Below, in pieces: positions 48,768-58,225 of a DNA stretch of 64,000 nt. The notes under the pieces are model-generated. The model was not told the DNA's origin, did not search any database, and saw only the letters and a list, made by a program, of their open reading frames with translations. The first letter of the stretch is position 1. Each line of letters starts with the position of its first letter. Both the position numbers and the translations under genes were made by a program. This DNA is from a virus (Duplodnaviria; Caudoviricetes): positions 64,001-128,000 of IMG/VR virus record IMGVR_UViG_3300028888_000047; one strand, written 5' to 3'.

Positions 48768-49214
48768 CTATGTTTTTAAATAATTTGTTTTATTCAATTT
48801 ATTTTCTAAGTTATGCATGTTTTCTGGCGCTTCCAAAGCAAGCCCTTTCTCAATTAGTCCACGATAATCAAAGTGATGAGCATTAAGCCAATCAATTGCC
48901 TCATATAATGTATTCCACTTATAGTCATCTTCCGAATGAAAATAATTTCTTGCTTTATAACCAAGTATTCCGTCTATTATTTTTTCTAATTCTTTTTGTT
49001 CTTCCTCAGTCATAGAAGACATTGGACGGAGATATGGTGTATAGTCAGATATTGACAACGACCAATTTAAATTAAGAGCTATCTTCACTTGATTATGACA
49101 AAATGGAGCTAACCCTTCTATTATTTCAGGTCCTCTATTAGTTCTAACCTTTACCCCATACGGCAACCTTGCAGAAAGGTCTTGGAATAATAGGAATTTT
49201 TCTTCTTGTGTCAT
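48768..49214 (-). CDS. conserved phage protein (paralog of 25659..26189)
   Basis: DLSARLPYGVK...PYLRPMSSMTEE...HHFDYRGLIEKGLALEAP. Confidence 0.75.
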   Translation of the reverse strand: MTQEEKFLLFQDLSARLPYGVKVRTNRGPEIIEGLAPFCHNQVKIALNLNWSLSISDYTPYLRPMSSMTEEEQKELEKIIDGILGYKARNYFHSEDDYKWNTLYEAIDWLNAHHFDYRGLIEKGLALEAPENMHNLENKLNKTNYLKT

Positions 49215-49224
49215 AACTTTACTA

Positions 49225-49308
49225 TTACCTAAGTTGATACCACTTTACTAAGAAAATCACGAAAGCAACAAGTTCTAAGGCTGTTGCAGTAAGCCACACA
49301 TACGTCAT
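49225..49308 (-). CDS. 27-aa single-TM micropeptide
   Basis: Manual translation MTYVWLTATALELVAFVIFLVKWYQLR, directly behind promoter. Confidence 0.4.
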   Translation of the reverse strand: MTYVWLTATALELVAFVIFLVKWYQLR

Positions 49309-49363
49309 ACTCTTTATGCTACTAATTTAACCATTTTATTTTATCCGTATCTTATTTATGCTG

Positions 49364-49418
49364 CAAAGATAACAAAAAAACGTGGAACAACCAAATATTC
49401 CACGTTAAATAATGTTAA
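49364..49418 (-). promoter_or_regulatory. promoter cassette with embedded terminator hairpin
   Basis: AACGTGGAA/TTCCACGTT; TATCTTTG; GTTAA +40/+50. Confidence 0.8.
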
Positions 49419-49437
49419 AAATCTTCTTTCAATTATA

Positions 49438-49860
49438 TTAAGCTGTTTTTCTATCTGCTTTTTCTTGTTCTTCCTTTTCCATTTCCTTAAGGTTTTCATC
49501 ATAGATGAATAGAATAACCTCATATAAGCCATCATAAAGCTCACGAAGCTTTTGCTCAGTAAACTTCTTCTTAGCCTCACGGAGAACTGTTACAGCCTCA
49601 ACCTCGATAAAGTTAATCTTGTACTTTTCTGGCTTTTTCTTGTCAACGCACCAAGCATCAACCCAAGGCAATGTTTTACCAACATAACCAAGATATTCTG
49701 CAAACATTAAGAACAAAGGCGCAGAAAGATTATATTTACCCTCACCAATAAGTTCTTTTAAATCGCCCTCATATCCATTTTCCTCACTCTTTACTTCAGG
49801 CTTTTCGTCTACTGCCGTCTGAGTTGCAGTACCCTTTTTCAGTTCTTCATTATTTTCCAT
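49438..49860 (-). CDS. hypothetical protein
   Basis: 140 aa. Confidence 0.65.
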   Translation of the reverse strand: MENNEELKKGTATQTAVDEKPEVKSEENGYEGDLKELIGEGKYNLSAPLFLMFAEYLGYVGKTLPWVDAWCVDKKKPEKYKINFIEVEAVTVLREAKKKFTEQKLRELYDGLYEVILFIYDENLKEMEKEEQEKADRKTA

Positions 49861-50010
49861 TGCAATAATATTTAATCTGATTTTTAATAATAAGTTTCGT
49901 GATATTCCACAGTTGAAGTTAATATTTGCTTAACGGTTGCACTTTTGTGCTGTGTTTTACCTTCTTTTGCTTCTATTATGCTCGAAGCAAATACAAAATT
50001 TTCATTACTA

Positions 50011-50706
50011 TTATTCATTATTTTCTAAACTATTTTCTTCAACTGGTAAATCCCCAAGAGATATTTCACAACTTCTACCGTTCATAAGTTTTGCTACAGC
50101 ATTATATTCAGCAAACTCCCTTTCAAGCTTCCAATCGTTTTTAGGGGTAAATCGGTTGTAGTCTTCCTTGTTATTGATTGGCACAACCTTACCTTTTGTG
50201 GAAACCTTATATGGTTTTCTATATTCTTCAGTAATATCTATACCAAAAAACGATGTAAAGCCTCTTTTAAACCTGAACCAACGGCTTTTTTCTAATTCTT
50301 TTATTTTTTCCCTTACTTCACTATTTGAAGGGTAATGTGTTAATTCCTTTTCATTGTTTTGCTTTTTCTTTTCTTCTACTGTAAAATATTCGGTGTTCTC
50401 ATCAGTTCTATTCTGACGTGAGCCATATTTCTCCATCCATTCGTTATTGCTATAGCTTCTATTGTTTTGGCTTCTATATTGATGCGAGGTACTATACCTG
50501 TTTTCTCCATAGTAGTCATAAGGTTCATAGTCGCCCAACCATGAAATGGGTTCTTTCTTTAATTCCCTTATCATTGCCAACACTGAATAAATCAGCAGTA
50601 TAACCAATGGAGTTAAATATGTGGTGTCGGGATTATAAGAATCTACCATTATTCCAAGGTAGTAGAGCGAAAGCAACGCCACCACAAAAGATAAAAATGC
50701 AAACAT
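50011..50706 (-). CDS. 2-TM membrane protein
   Basis: Two N-terminal TMs; first gene after promoter. Confidence 0.6.
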   Translation of the reverse strand: MFAFLSFVVALLSLYYLGIMVDSYNPDTTYLTPLVILLIYSVLAMIRELKKEPISWLGDYEPYDYYGENRYSTSHQYRSQNNRSYSNNEWMEKYGSRQNRTDENTEYFTVEEKKKQNNEKELTHYPSNSEVREKIKELEKSRWFRFKRGFTSFFGIDITEEYRKPYKVSTKGKVVPINNKEDYNRFTPKNDWKLEREFAEYNAVAKLMNGRSCEISLGDLPVEENSLENNE

Positions 50707-50744
50707 ATATTATTTCTATTGTGCTACAATATATTAACTTTAAG

Positions 50745-50799
50745 CAAATATACAAATAAAATGTCTATAAAAGAAATATATTAAGTTAAATAAAGTTAA
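50745..50799 (-). promoter_or_regulatory. repeated early promoter cassette
   Basis: TATATTTG; GTTAA +40/+50. Confidence 0.75.
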
Positions 50800-52631
50800 A
50801 CCACACTCAAGTTGGTGTCTTTATGCTCCTTGTATAGAGAATGTATGTTTGGAATAAGCACTTTTTGACCGACCTCTATGTTATACACAAGTAATCTCTT
50901 ATTGCCGCCAATCTTAAGCCCATTGTCTTCAATTGTTGCATCAAGTACCACATATACAGCAGACTTGCCCAAATCATCGTTTGTGAGATAATCACGATTT
51001 GTTTCAAGCACGAAATCCTTAATCTTATATGGTCTAAACTGATAAACCAATGAATCAGGAGTAAATGACTCAAAACGCTTTATCTGACTTGCTCTTGTAT
51101 AGTTATTCTTACCACTCAATACAGCCTCACCAATGTAATCATATTCAAGAGAAATATTATGCCTCTTCAAAATATCCGGTAAAGCTAATTTCATGTAAGA
51201 TACCCTGTTCTTTAACTGAGAACTAAATTGGTATATTTCCCTAATTTCTTTATCAGACAGGTCAATAGCAATATTACCTCTTGGTTTTGTTCCAAGTTGA
51301 GCCATTGGATTCTTAACATCATTTGGAATCCACTGAAATGTTGTCTTGCTACAAGGTACAATCTTTCTATTCTGAAAATCATTCTCCCATGCAGAATACA
51401 TATCAGCAAACTTCTTATTTACATAAATGTATGTATTGCCAATTGTAGACTTCTTATCACGATAACCACATAAACGACCAAGTAATGCTTGCGCTGTAGT
51501 ATCTGCTTTAAGAGAATAGTCATATATCATGTAGATATAATCCTTTAATCTTGCATCAAGAGTAATACCTGCTCTAAACGCACCCTTAATTAGAACAATT
51601 AGAGGCTTGACATACATCTTTGGAACGCTGCCGATGAGAGCGTTAGAATGCTTCATACTATCAACCCTCTTATTATATTCATTCTTATTGATTAGGTCAT
51701 TTGCAATTTCATTGAACTTATCATATTCAATGTTGCTACCTGATGAATACATTTCATGAATATCAAAATCCTTTGCAATATATGGATTGGATTCAATAAC
51801 ATTAAAATACCGTGTGCGGATGAAGATAACTCCTGCTTCGTCATTATCAACCATCCTTTGATGTGCGTCATTGATATAATCAAATATCATGCCATCTTCT
51901 TCAATGTCATCCTTTTCAGCGTCCATAACCTGGCCATTATAAAGGTATTCAGACACTCCAACATAATCCTTCGATGGTTTAAGTTCAACAATGCTCTTAA
52001 CTTCCTTAGTGTCACTTACAATTTCATCAAATGGAGTTGCTGATACTGATATGATATAGATATTCCTCTTAATAAGTTCATTTGTGTCTCTCCAATCAAT
52101 ATCATGTTGATAAAGAAACTTGGTCAATATGTTATTCTTACCTGAGCCATAATGAGCCTCATCAATAAAGATAACAGTATTATTGATGTCACCGTCATAT
52201 TTCAATAAGTCACTATTCTTCATAACGAAATAATGATTTACTGACAGGTTTTTCTTGCTCCTTAATCCTGAATATATATTATCCTTATTTGCGCCAATGA
52301 CTTGTTCTTCAACACGCTTTAATGTCTGAGACTTTAGTCCACAGTCATTCATGCCTGTGATGAACATGTATTTATCAACGGCAAGATAACGCTGAAGCTT
52401 GGTCTGTGATATTATATTAACAACAGCATTACACACGCCTGTCTTTCCACTCTGCATCTTAGCGGCAAGGATAACATGGTTTCTTCGTGTGGTTTTTCTT
52501 GCTAAGTTGGCAACCACATCTTTGGCTGTGTTTATTTGACTATCGAATAAATAGCCATGCTTTTTGCTAAATGTCTTTCTAAATTTGTCGTTTGGGGTTT
52601 TTAAAATCTCTTCAATATTAAACATTGCCAT
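50796..52631 (-). CDS. SF2 helicase/ATPase-like protein
   Basis: AKMQSGKT, IDEAH, SATP, RAGIT, QALLGRLCGY. Confidence 0.8.
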   Translation of the reverse strand: MAMFNIEEILKTPNDKFRKTFSKKHGYLFDSQINTAKDVVANLARKTTRRNHVILAAKMQSGKTGVCNAVVNIISQTKLQRYLAVDKYMFITGMNDCGLKSQTLKRVEEQVIGANKDNIYSGLRSKKNLSVNHYFVMKNSDLLKYDGDINNTVIFIDEAHYGSGKNNILTKFLYQHDIDWRDTNELIKRNIYIISVSATPFDEIVSDTKEVKSIVELKPSKDYVGVSEYLYNGQVMDAEKDDIEEDGMIFDYINDAHQRMVDNDEAGVIFIRTRYFNVIESNPYIAKDFDIHEMYSSGSNIEYDKFNEIANDLINKNEYNKRVDSMKHSNALIGSVPKMYVKPLIVLIKGAFRAGITLDARLKDYIYMIYDYSLKADTTAQALLGRLCGYRDKKSTIGNTYIYVNKKFADMYSAWENDFQNRKIVPCSKTTFQWIPNDVKNPMAQLGTKPRGNIAIDLSDKEIREIYQFSSQLKNRVSYMKLALPDILKRHNISLEYDYIGEAVLSGKNNYTRASQIKRFESFTPDSLVYQFRPYKIKDFVLETNRDYLTNDDLGKSAVYVVLDATIEDNGLKIGGNKRLLVYNIEVGQKVLIPNIHSLYKEHKDTNLSVV

Positions 52632-52634
52632 TAA

Positions 52635-52850
52635 TTATTTGTTAATCTTCTTCAACTCTGTAAACTTTACTTTCTCATGTGGCAGTAAATTCATATTCTT
52701 AATCTTAACTACTATATCACTCCTATGCTTTACGCTCAAATCCATCGCGCTAGGAACCACATAATCACCAACGTTAACAGCGCCGCTATCTAAGCGAATA
52801 CCGTTAATCACGCCAATTCCAAGGCAATTAAGTAAACAAAATTTTTTCAT
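52635..52850 (-). CDS. hypothetical protein
   Basis: Likely start MKKFC at 52850. Confidence 0.5.
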   Translation of the reverse strand: MKKFCLLNCLGIGVINGIRLDSGAVNVGDYVVPSAMDLSVKHRSDIVVKIKNMNLLPHEKVKFTELKKINK

Positions 52851-52871
52851 ATCATTGTAATCTTTTGGCTG

Positions 52872-52926
52872 CAAAGATAAGAAAAAAACGTGAGATAAAC
52901 AAAAATCTCACGTTAAATAATGTTAA
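52872..52926 (-). promoter_or_regulatory. promoter cassette with embedded terminator hairpin
   Basis: AACGTGAGAT/ATCTCACGTT; TATCTTTG; GTTAA +40/+50. Confidence 0.8.
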
Positions 52927-52936
52927 AACAAAAATA

Positions 52937-53341
52937 TTATACTTTGTTCATTGCTTTTTTAAGCCTAAGTAATAGTATTTGTCTTGCAGTACCAATTGAA
53001 TCAACTATATACTTTGAATCCTTACAGAACATATTAGGAGAAGAGTTACTGAGCGTTACATGATAAAACCCATAATATTCCTTTATTGTTTTAAAGGTTT
53101 CAAGAATTCTATCCTCATCATCATCTTTCCACTTATCCAAAAATTTTCTTATTTCCTCAATAACAGAATTAATTAAATCCCTGGCGTTTATGAATTTATC
53201 ATAATAATCTCTAACACACATATGAGACAATTCATATGAAAGATAATCCATTGATTCTATAATACCTGATAAAAATACGCAAGAATCAGTATAAAAATAA
53301 TTTATTTTTGATTTCATATTATTAATCAAATCCATTTTCAA
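52937..53341 (-). CDS. hypothetical protein
   Basis: 134 aa. Confidence 0.55.
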   Translation of the reverse strand: MKMDLINNMKSKINYFYTDSCVFLSGIIESMDYLSYELSHMCVRDYYDKFINARDLINSVIEEIRKFLDKWKDDDEDRILETFKTIKEYYGFYHVTLSNSSPNMFCKDSKYIVDSIGTARQILLLRLKKAMNKV

Positions 53342-53768
53342 TCAATTCTTCAATAATCTCCCAACGGGTATCAAGCTTTGCGCCGGCTTCTTTCAAGAAA
53401 AATCTATTAAAGGCTTCTTCACCGTGTATTTCAATAAACTTTTCTTTAGTGCCATACATCTTAACTCGTTCTATTGCATAACGTATTAATGCATTGCACT
53501 TGATTACATCACAACTAATACCAAATACTTTTTTCTTTTCAATATATTCATTTCTTACGTCATCAGGAAGATTTTCGAATCTCTCAGCTCTTGTCGGTAT
53601 GTATAATTCATCGTAGATGGTATTTACAGCCTCTTTGAGCCATTTTTCTCTATCAGCCTTACACCAATCCACAAGGTCTTTTTTTAGGCTGTCCTGAGCG
53701 ATTCTATTGTAATCTAAATCGTCAAATGATAAAATGGCGCATCCATTGGGATAAATTTCATTTTTCAT
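53322..53768 (-). CDS. hypothetical protein
   Basis: 148 aa. Confidence 0.6.
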   Translation of the reverse strand: MKNEIYPNGCAILSFDDLDYNRIAQDSLKKDLVDWCKADREKWLKEAVNTIYDELYIPTRAERFENLPDDVRNEYIEKKKVFGISCDVIKCNALIRYAIERVKMYGTKEKFIEIHGEEAFNRFFLKEAGAKLDTRWEIIEELIENGFD

Positions 53769-54153
53769 CTTTAATAATTTCTATTTTTTTTGTTTTAGCT
53801 GACTGCCATTTGACATCAAAATGTTTTTTCTCTACATATTTTTTAGCACAATCTTTGCAACATGTTATTATCCAACCTTTTGTGTGACCTATATTTTCTC
53901 TAGTTCCACAAAATTCGCAAACATTGTACGAATCACTTTCAGCTTTTGCGATTTTTTCACGTAGTTCGTCTGTAATATTATGAGCGTAGAATCTTAATCC
54001 TCCAAACTTTTCTTTTATTTGAGTTATGATTATTTTTTCATCTTCTTTTTTATTCTCGTTGTATTTCTCAACGTATTCCACAAGTGGCTCTATAAGGCTA
54101 TTCCAACCTTCATCGCATTCTATTACCACTCCAGCCCTTTCGCTTAATTCCAT
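53758..54153 (-). CDS. widespread phage protein with Zn ribbon
   Basis: GW..LI...QIKEKFGGLRFY...CEFCG...CKDC. Confidence 0.75.
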   Translation of the reverse strand: MELSERAGVVIECDEGWNSLIEPLVEYVEKYNENKKEDEKIIITQIKEKFGGLRFYAHNITDELREKIAKAESDSYNVCEFCGTRENIGHTKGWIITCCKDCAKKYVEKKHFDVKWQSAKTKKIEIIKDEK

Positions 54154-54169
54154 AATAATATATTTTAGT

Positions 54170-54224
54170 CAAATATACAAAAAAAACATGAGATAAAAAA
54201 ATACCTCATGTTAATCTTTGTTAA
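54170..54224 (-). promoter_or_regulatory. promoter cassette with embedded terminator hairpin
   Basis: AACATGAG/CTCATGTT; TATATTTG; GTTAA +40/+50. Confidence 0.75.
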
Positions 54225-54486
54225 TTTCTTGCTTTTTCACTATGAATCTCATTGAAAGTTCAGACTCATACAAGGTAGCCTTTCTACTTGTTCCGTCCTC
54301 CAAATCAATCATTGTACCGTATATTGTGTTAGTAGTTTTATTTTCTACCTTGAAAATTCTTCTAGGGTATATTATTGTTGGAGGGATATAATAAGTTTCC
54401 CCTTCATTTATATCTTTGAAATCTGTGAGAGGCGGAGTTTTCCTCATCCTTTCATAATCATAAAATCTATTATCAAGCCTTGACAT
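54211..54486 (-). CDS. tandem triad member 1
   Basis: FKDINEGETYYIPP. Confidence 0.65.
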   Translation of the reverse strand: MSRLDNRFYDYERMRKTPPLTDFKDINEGETYYIPPTIIYPRRIFKVENKTTNTIYGTMIDLEDGTSRKATLYESELSMRFIVKKQEINKD

Positions 54487-54736
54487 ACGCTACTTTTTTA
54501 ACTATAAATCTGCTGGTTATATCTGTTCTATAAATTGTTTGCATAAAGAATTCGCAAAACTTTCTTATTTTGATATGATTTTCTCCCTTTTCCATTACAA
54601 CAAAATCAAATCTTTTATTGTAAATCAAAGGAGGCATATGATATATTTCTCCTTCTTTAATATCTTCCCACTTAGTTATTGGCTCAACATTTCTAAGTTT
54701 TACGAATGCAAGCATTCTTTTTCTATCAATTTTCAT
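54473..54736 (-). CDS. tandem triad member 2
   Basis: WEDIKEGEIYHMPP. Confidence 0.65.
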   Translation of the reverse strand: MKIDRKRMLAFVKLRNVEPITKWEDIKEGEIYHMPPLIYNKRFDFVVMEKGENHIKIRKFCEFFMQTIYRTDITSRFIVKKVAYVKA

Positions 54737-55542
54737 TTCACTAGAGATAAGTATTTATACTCTTCATCTTCCTTATATAGCCAAACGTTTTTATTTTTGT
54801 CAACGTCCAAAGCTTGAATAGAGCCAACATATTTTCTGAGTATTTTCAGTGTCATCCTGTTTTTTTCCAATGTTGGAGGAAGATGATACAAACAATCAAG
54901 CTTTATTTCTCCCCAAGAAGTAATACCTGGTGCAGAACGCCATTTGTCTTTCAGCTCTTTTTCGTATTTTGATTTATTCCACCTTTCCAATTGTTCATCA
55001 GACATAGCAGAAGAATGCTGCTTTAATGGGAATATAATTCTGTTGCCTATTCTTAACCCATCGTTTTTTGGGTTAGTTATTGCATTTTTTATAATTGGAC
55101 ACCAAAATGGCTTTTTTAACTTCTCATCAGGATATGTATTTAATTTTATAACCTTATTAACACCACCAGGTCTTCCTGTTTCTGCTGTGCATCTTGTAGC
55201 AAAAGCATTTTTATTTGGCTTTTGAACTTTCATTAAATATTCGCAGCCATTGCAAAATGGACTATTTTCTGGTAGTTCTTGTGAGCCTTTAAATGGTAGT
55301 GCCAATTGAGTTGGAGAATCAAATGGCGCAACATGGTGTCTCATTGCAGCACCAGGTATGATTATTTGCGATGTTGATGGGTTTTCACCAACAGGTACTA
55401 ATCCAAATTTTGGCATTTTTTTATCTATTTTATTATTTAACAAAGTATCGAGTGGAATGTCATATTTACAACTTTCACACTCGGTACAATCTTTTTTCCC
55501 ACATGGCATTAAATGACAATTATCCATGTCCTTCACCATCAT
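54733..55542 (-). CDS. Cys-rich protein with triad C-domain
   Basis: CxxC clusters; WGEIKLDCLYHLPP. Confidence 0.65.
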   Translation of the reverse strand: MMVKDMDNCHLMPCGKKDCTECESCKYDIPLDTLLNNKIDKKMPKFGLVPVGENPSTSQIIIPGAAMRHHVAPFDSPTQLALPFKGSQELPENSPFCNGCEYLMKVQKPNKNAFATRCTAETGRPGGVNKVIKLNTYPDEKLKKPFWCPIIKNAITNPKNDGLRIGNRIIFPLKQHSSAMSDEQLERWNKSKYEKELKDKWRSAPGITSWGEIKLDCLYHLPPTLEKNRMTLKILRKYVGSIQALDVDKNKNVWLYKEDEEYKYLSLVK

Positions 55543-56257
55543 CTAAATTACCAATCAGTTCTTCAATATCATCAAGCCAAGGCGCTCTTCCTCCATGACG
55601 AAGTTCGCCCAAAAATTCATTGTCATCTGGCACTCTTCCAAGAGCTTGACCCATAGAATCATTGTCTATTTTTCTATCGCTGAACTTCTTTAATTCATCA
55701 GAATGCTGTTTGAGATAATCATCGAAAGAAACTTTATGGCTTATCTGACCATTCTGAATGCCTTGGATATAATTCTGAAATAACTTAGCCTTAAGTTGCC
55801 CCAAATCAGAAATATTCTTTATTTCCTCTTCATTATGGCGTTCCAAATCTTCCATTGTATCGCCAAATAACTTATTACAACTTAAACTGTATATCTCTTC
55901 TCCCAATGAGCAAAGTTTATCCATAGATACACCATTTGCTTCCATAAAGAAATGTAACAAATGGTTGATTGTCATCGTGACATGCTCATATTTATCCAAG
56001 TCTTTGATACCACCCTTCTTACCGTTACCCCTTGCCATTTCATTGGTAATCTTCTCAAGGGTTTTAACAATGTCTTCAGTACAAGTAGAGGTGGAGAATG
56101 GGCAATCTGAACGCCTTGTCTGATTCTTGATAAGAACCTTCATTATACCGTTATTGGTTACACTCCTTCTAAAAAGCATGTACTTGCCATCAGACTTAAT
56201 GACGCGAATAAAACAGTTGAAAACAACAAGTTCAATGTTTTTATTATCCTTTTTCAT
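55520..56257 (-). CDS. hypothetical protein (RFLKE-like N-terminus)
   Basis: FIRVIKSDGKY; start 56257 lies after promoter. Confidence 0.6.
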   Translation of the reverse strand: MKKDNKNIELVVFNCFIRVIKSDGKYMLFRRSVTNNGIMKVLIKNQTRRSDCPFSTSTCTEDIVKTLEKITNEMARGNGKKGGIKDLDKYEHVTMTINHLLHFFMEANGVSMDKLCSLGEEIYSLSCNKLFGDTMEDLERHNEEEIKNISDLGQLKAKLFQNYIQGIQNGQISHKVSFDDYLKQHSDELKKFSDRKIDNDSMGQALGRVPDDNEFLGELRHGGRAPWLDDIEELIGNLDDGEGHG

Positions 56258-56285
56258 CTTTAAATTTTTAATACAATTTGTGATG

Positions 56286-56340
56286 AAAATATACACAAAA
56301 TTATTTTAATAGAGAAATAATAATAGTTAAATATTATTAA
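56286..56340 (-). promoter_or_regulatory. degenerate promoter cassette
   Basis: TATATTTT variant; GTTAA +40. Confidence 0.5.
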
Positions 56341-56675
56341 ATCTCATCTACTTCAACAAACAGCTTCTTTTCCAATGGCAAATTTCTCCAATAAGAATAA
56401 TCGCTTGCTTGCCTCTCATACTCACACATTTCCTTTTGCTTGTCAGTAGCAGTGCCATCCATTTCTGCGTTGCGAGCTGCCACCATTTCATTCCAAAATG
56501 CCCAATATTGCGCATTACGCGGCCTAATTAAATAATTGCCACTTGCAATATCACAAGCAACCTGTGAAATCAATCCACATTCACTTTCTGTGATGAATTT
56601 ACACTTGTCTTTTAACATAAGTTTAAATTTCCAAATAATGTGGTTCATAAACTCTTTTATATGCTTCGTTAACAA
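56337..56675 (-). CDS. hypothetical protein
   Basis: 112 aa; real start probably internal. Confidence 0.5.
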   Translation of the reverse strand: MLTKHIKEFMNHIIWKFKLMLKDKCKFITESECGLISQVACDIASGNYLIRPRNAQYWAFWNEMVAARNAEMDGTATDKQKEMCEYERQASDYSYWRNLPLEKKLFVEVDEI

Positions 56676-57315
56676 CTGATACGTTTGTTACAACACTTTC
56701 TCCTCTTTCTTGTGGTTCTTTAGTAACGGAATGAAGATGCCCTGTAAGTACTTGACGTGGTTTCTTATTATCAATAGCATCAGCCAATGGATGACATCCA
56801 ATATGGTCATTTGTTTTCCAAGGAACGTCATCGAGTATTATATCACCAGTACCATATGGGCAATCGTGTGTTAATAACAAATCAACCTTATATGGTATTT
56901 TGCTGTATATTTTTTCCAATTCAACATCAGAAGTCATCCATGCCCAATTATAGAATTGATGACACCAAGGAGTACCATATATGCTTATTTCCTGATATGT
57001 ATCATTTGTTTGTTTTACATATTCTGCTGAAGAATCACAAAGGTATGTAATCTTGGTGTCTTTAAACATAGCTTCCCAATCGTCAGGATGACGCATAGAC
57101 ACCCAGTCGTGATTGCCTGCAATTAAGAACGCTTTCTCACATGGTTGTTTCTCACACCACGGTACAAATTTTTTTGCAAGCCATTTAAGAGTTCCCTCAT
57201 GCAATGCCTGCACATTCAATGGAACAATATCTCCACATATACACAGTATGTCACACGGTTTTATATCAAAATCCAATATACCATGCATATCTGAAATCGC
57301 ACATATTTTTATCAT
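56623..57315 (-). CDS. calcineurin-like metallophosphoesterase
   Basis: SDMHG, CGD, GNHD, THDCP, GHLH. Confidence 0.9.
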   Translation of the reverse strand: MIKICAISDMHGILDFDIKPCDILCICGDIVPLNVQALHEGTLKWLAKKFVPWCEKQPCEKAFLIAGNHDWVSMRHPDDWEAMFKDTKITYLCDSSAEYVKQTNDTYQEISIYGTPWCHQFYNWAWMTSDVELEKIYSKIPYKVDLLLTHDCPYGTGDIILDDVPWKTNDHIGCHPLADAIDNKKPRQVLTGHLHSVTKEPQERGESVVTNVSVVNEAYKRVYEPHYLEI

Positions 57316-57423
57316 AAAAAAAATTAATTTGTTTAATTATTAAAGCCTCACACGCTTTTTCAACGTGTGAGGGTAGTAGTTAACAAATATGCAGTACTGT
57401 TTAACTACAGAAAGATTTTGTTG

Positions 57424-57519
57424 AGTGTTCGGTCCGATTCGAACGGACGTGACGGATTTTTTATTTACCGTTCTAACAGATTTGCAGTCTGCTGGCTCAA
57501 CCAACTCACCCACGAACAC
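57424..57519 (-). tRNA. tRNA-Cys(GCA) with long variable arm, CCA not encoded
   Basis: Acceptor GTGTTCG/CGAACAC, U73, anticodon arm GCAGA-CTGCAAA-TCTGT, T-arm GTCCG-TTCGAAT-CGGAC, 27-nt variable region. Confidence 0.85.
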
Positions 57520-57543
57520 ATTTGGGAGTATTGACTCCCAGTT

Positions 57544-58149
57544 TTAGGCTTTCTTCGTGCTAACGAACTTGCCATCCTTGCCACGTACCACCTTTGGCTT
57601 ATCAGGTGTTGTTCTAACGCGATACTTAGGCTTTGGGCATTTCTTCGTTGATGCAACAGGAGGGTTTGTAGAAGCTGCAACAGCTTCAGCCTTTTCCTTC
57701 AAAGCATCCCTAAGCCAAGAAGCTGTGTTGTTTACCTTGGTTGTAACAGTTTCCTTAAACTTCTTCAAGTTCTCGTCCTCTGCCACATTCTTAGGAATTA
57801 CAACAACAAGATTACCCTTTTTCTTGTCAACAAAGCGATTAAGTTTATCAATGATGCAATTACTTGGTATTGTTGCCTTGGTTTCCCTACGGGTTCCTTT
57901 ACCTGTAACCTTTACAGTGATAACACCATCCTCAATGTTGATGTCAAACTTTTCCTTCTTTTCGTTGAAAGGAATAATAACCTTAAAATCTGACACACTA
58001 TCCTTTATGGTCTTCATGAAATCATTAAAGCCATCAAATGCATTCTTACCTGTTTCCATGATAGAATCGATAGTAGCATCAAAATCGAAGTTGTCGAATG
58101 CCCTCTGGGCATCATTCAAAAGCGACAACGCATTTCCAAAAATACTCAT
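57544..58149 (-). CDS. Hsp20/alpha-crystallin-like protein with basic tail
   Basis: I.IEDGVITV...IP...GNLVVVIPK; K/P-rich C-terminus. Confidence 0.55.
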   Translation of the reverse strand: MSIFGNALSLLNDAQRAFDNFDFDATIDSIMETGKNAFDGFNDFMKTIKDSVSDFKVIIPFNEKKEKFDINIEDGVITVKVTGKGTRRETKATIPSNCIIDKLNRFVDKKKGNLVVVIPKNVAEDENLKKFKETVTTKVNNTASWLRDALKEKAEAVAASTNPPVASTKKCPKPKYRVRTTPDKPKVVRGKDGKFVSTKKA

Positions 58150-58225
58150 AATTCTATAATTTAAAATTAGTTTTTATTTAAAATCAAATACAAATATACA
58201 AAAATGTTTCAAAAAAACAAAATTT

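Noticed and set aside
49356-49580. 74-aa minus-strand ORF
   Set aside because: Runs through a promoter cassette and overlaps 49438..49860 in another frame.
57465-57680. 71-aa minus-strand ORF
   Set aside because: Alternative frame overlapping the Hsp20-like gene and the tRNA.
57557-58159. 200-aa plus-strand ORF
   Set aside because: Antisense shadow of 57544..58149; the same applies to most short + strand ORFs overlapping minus-strand genes.
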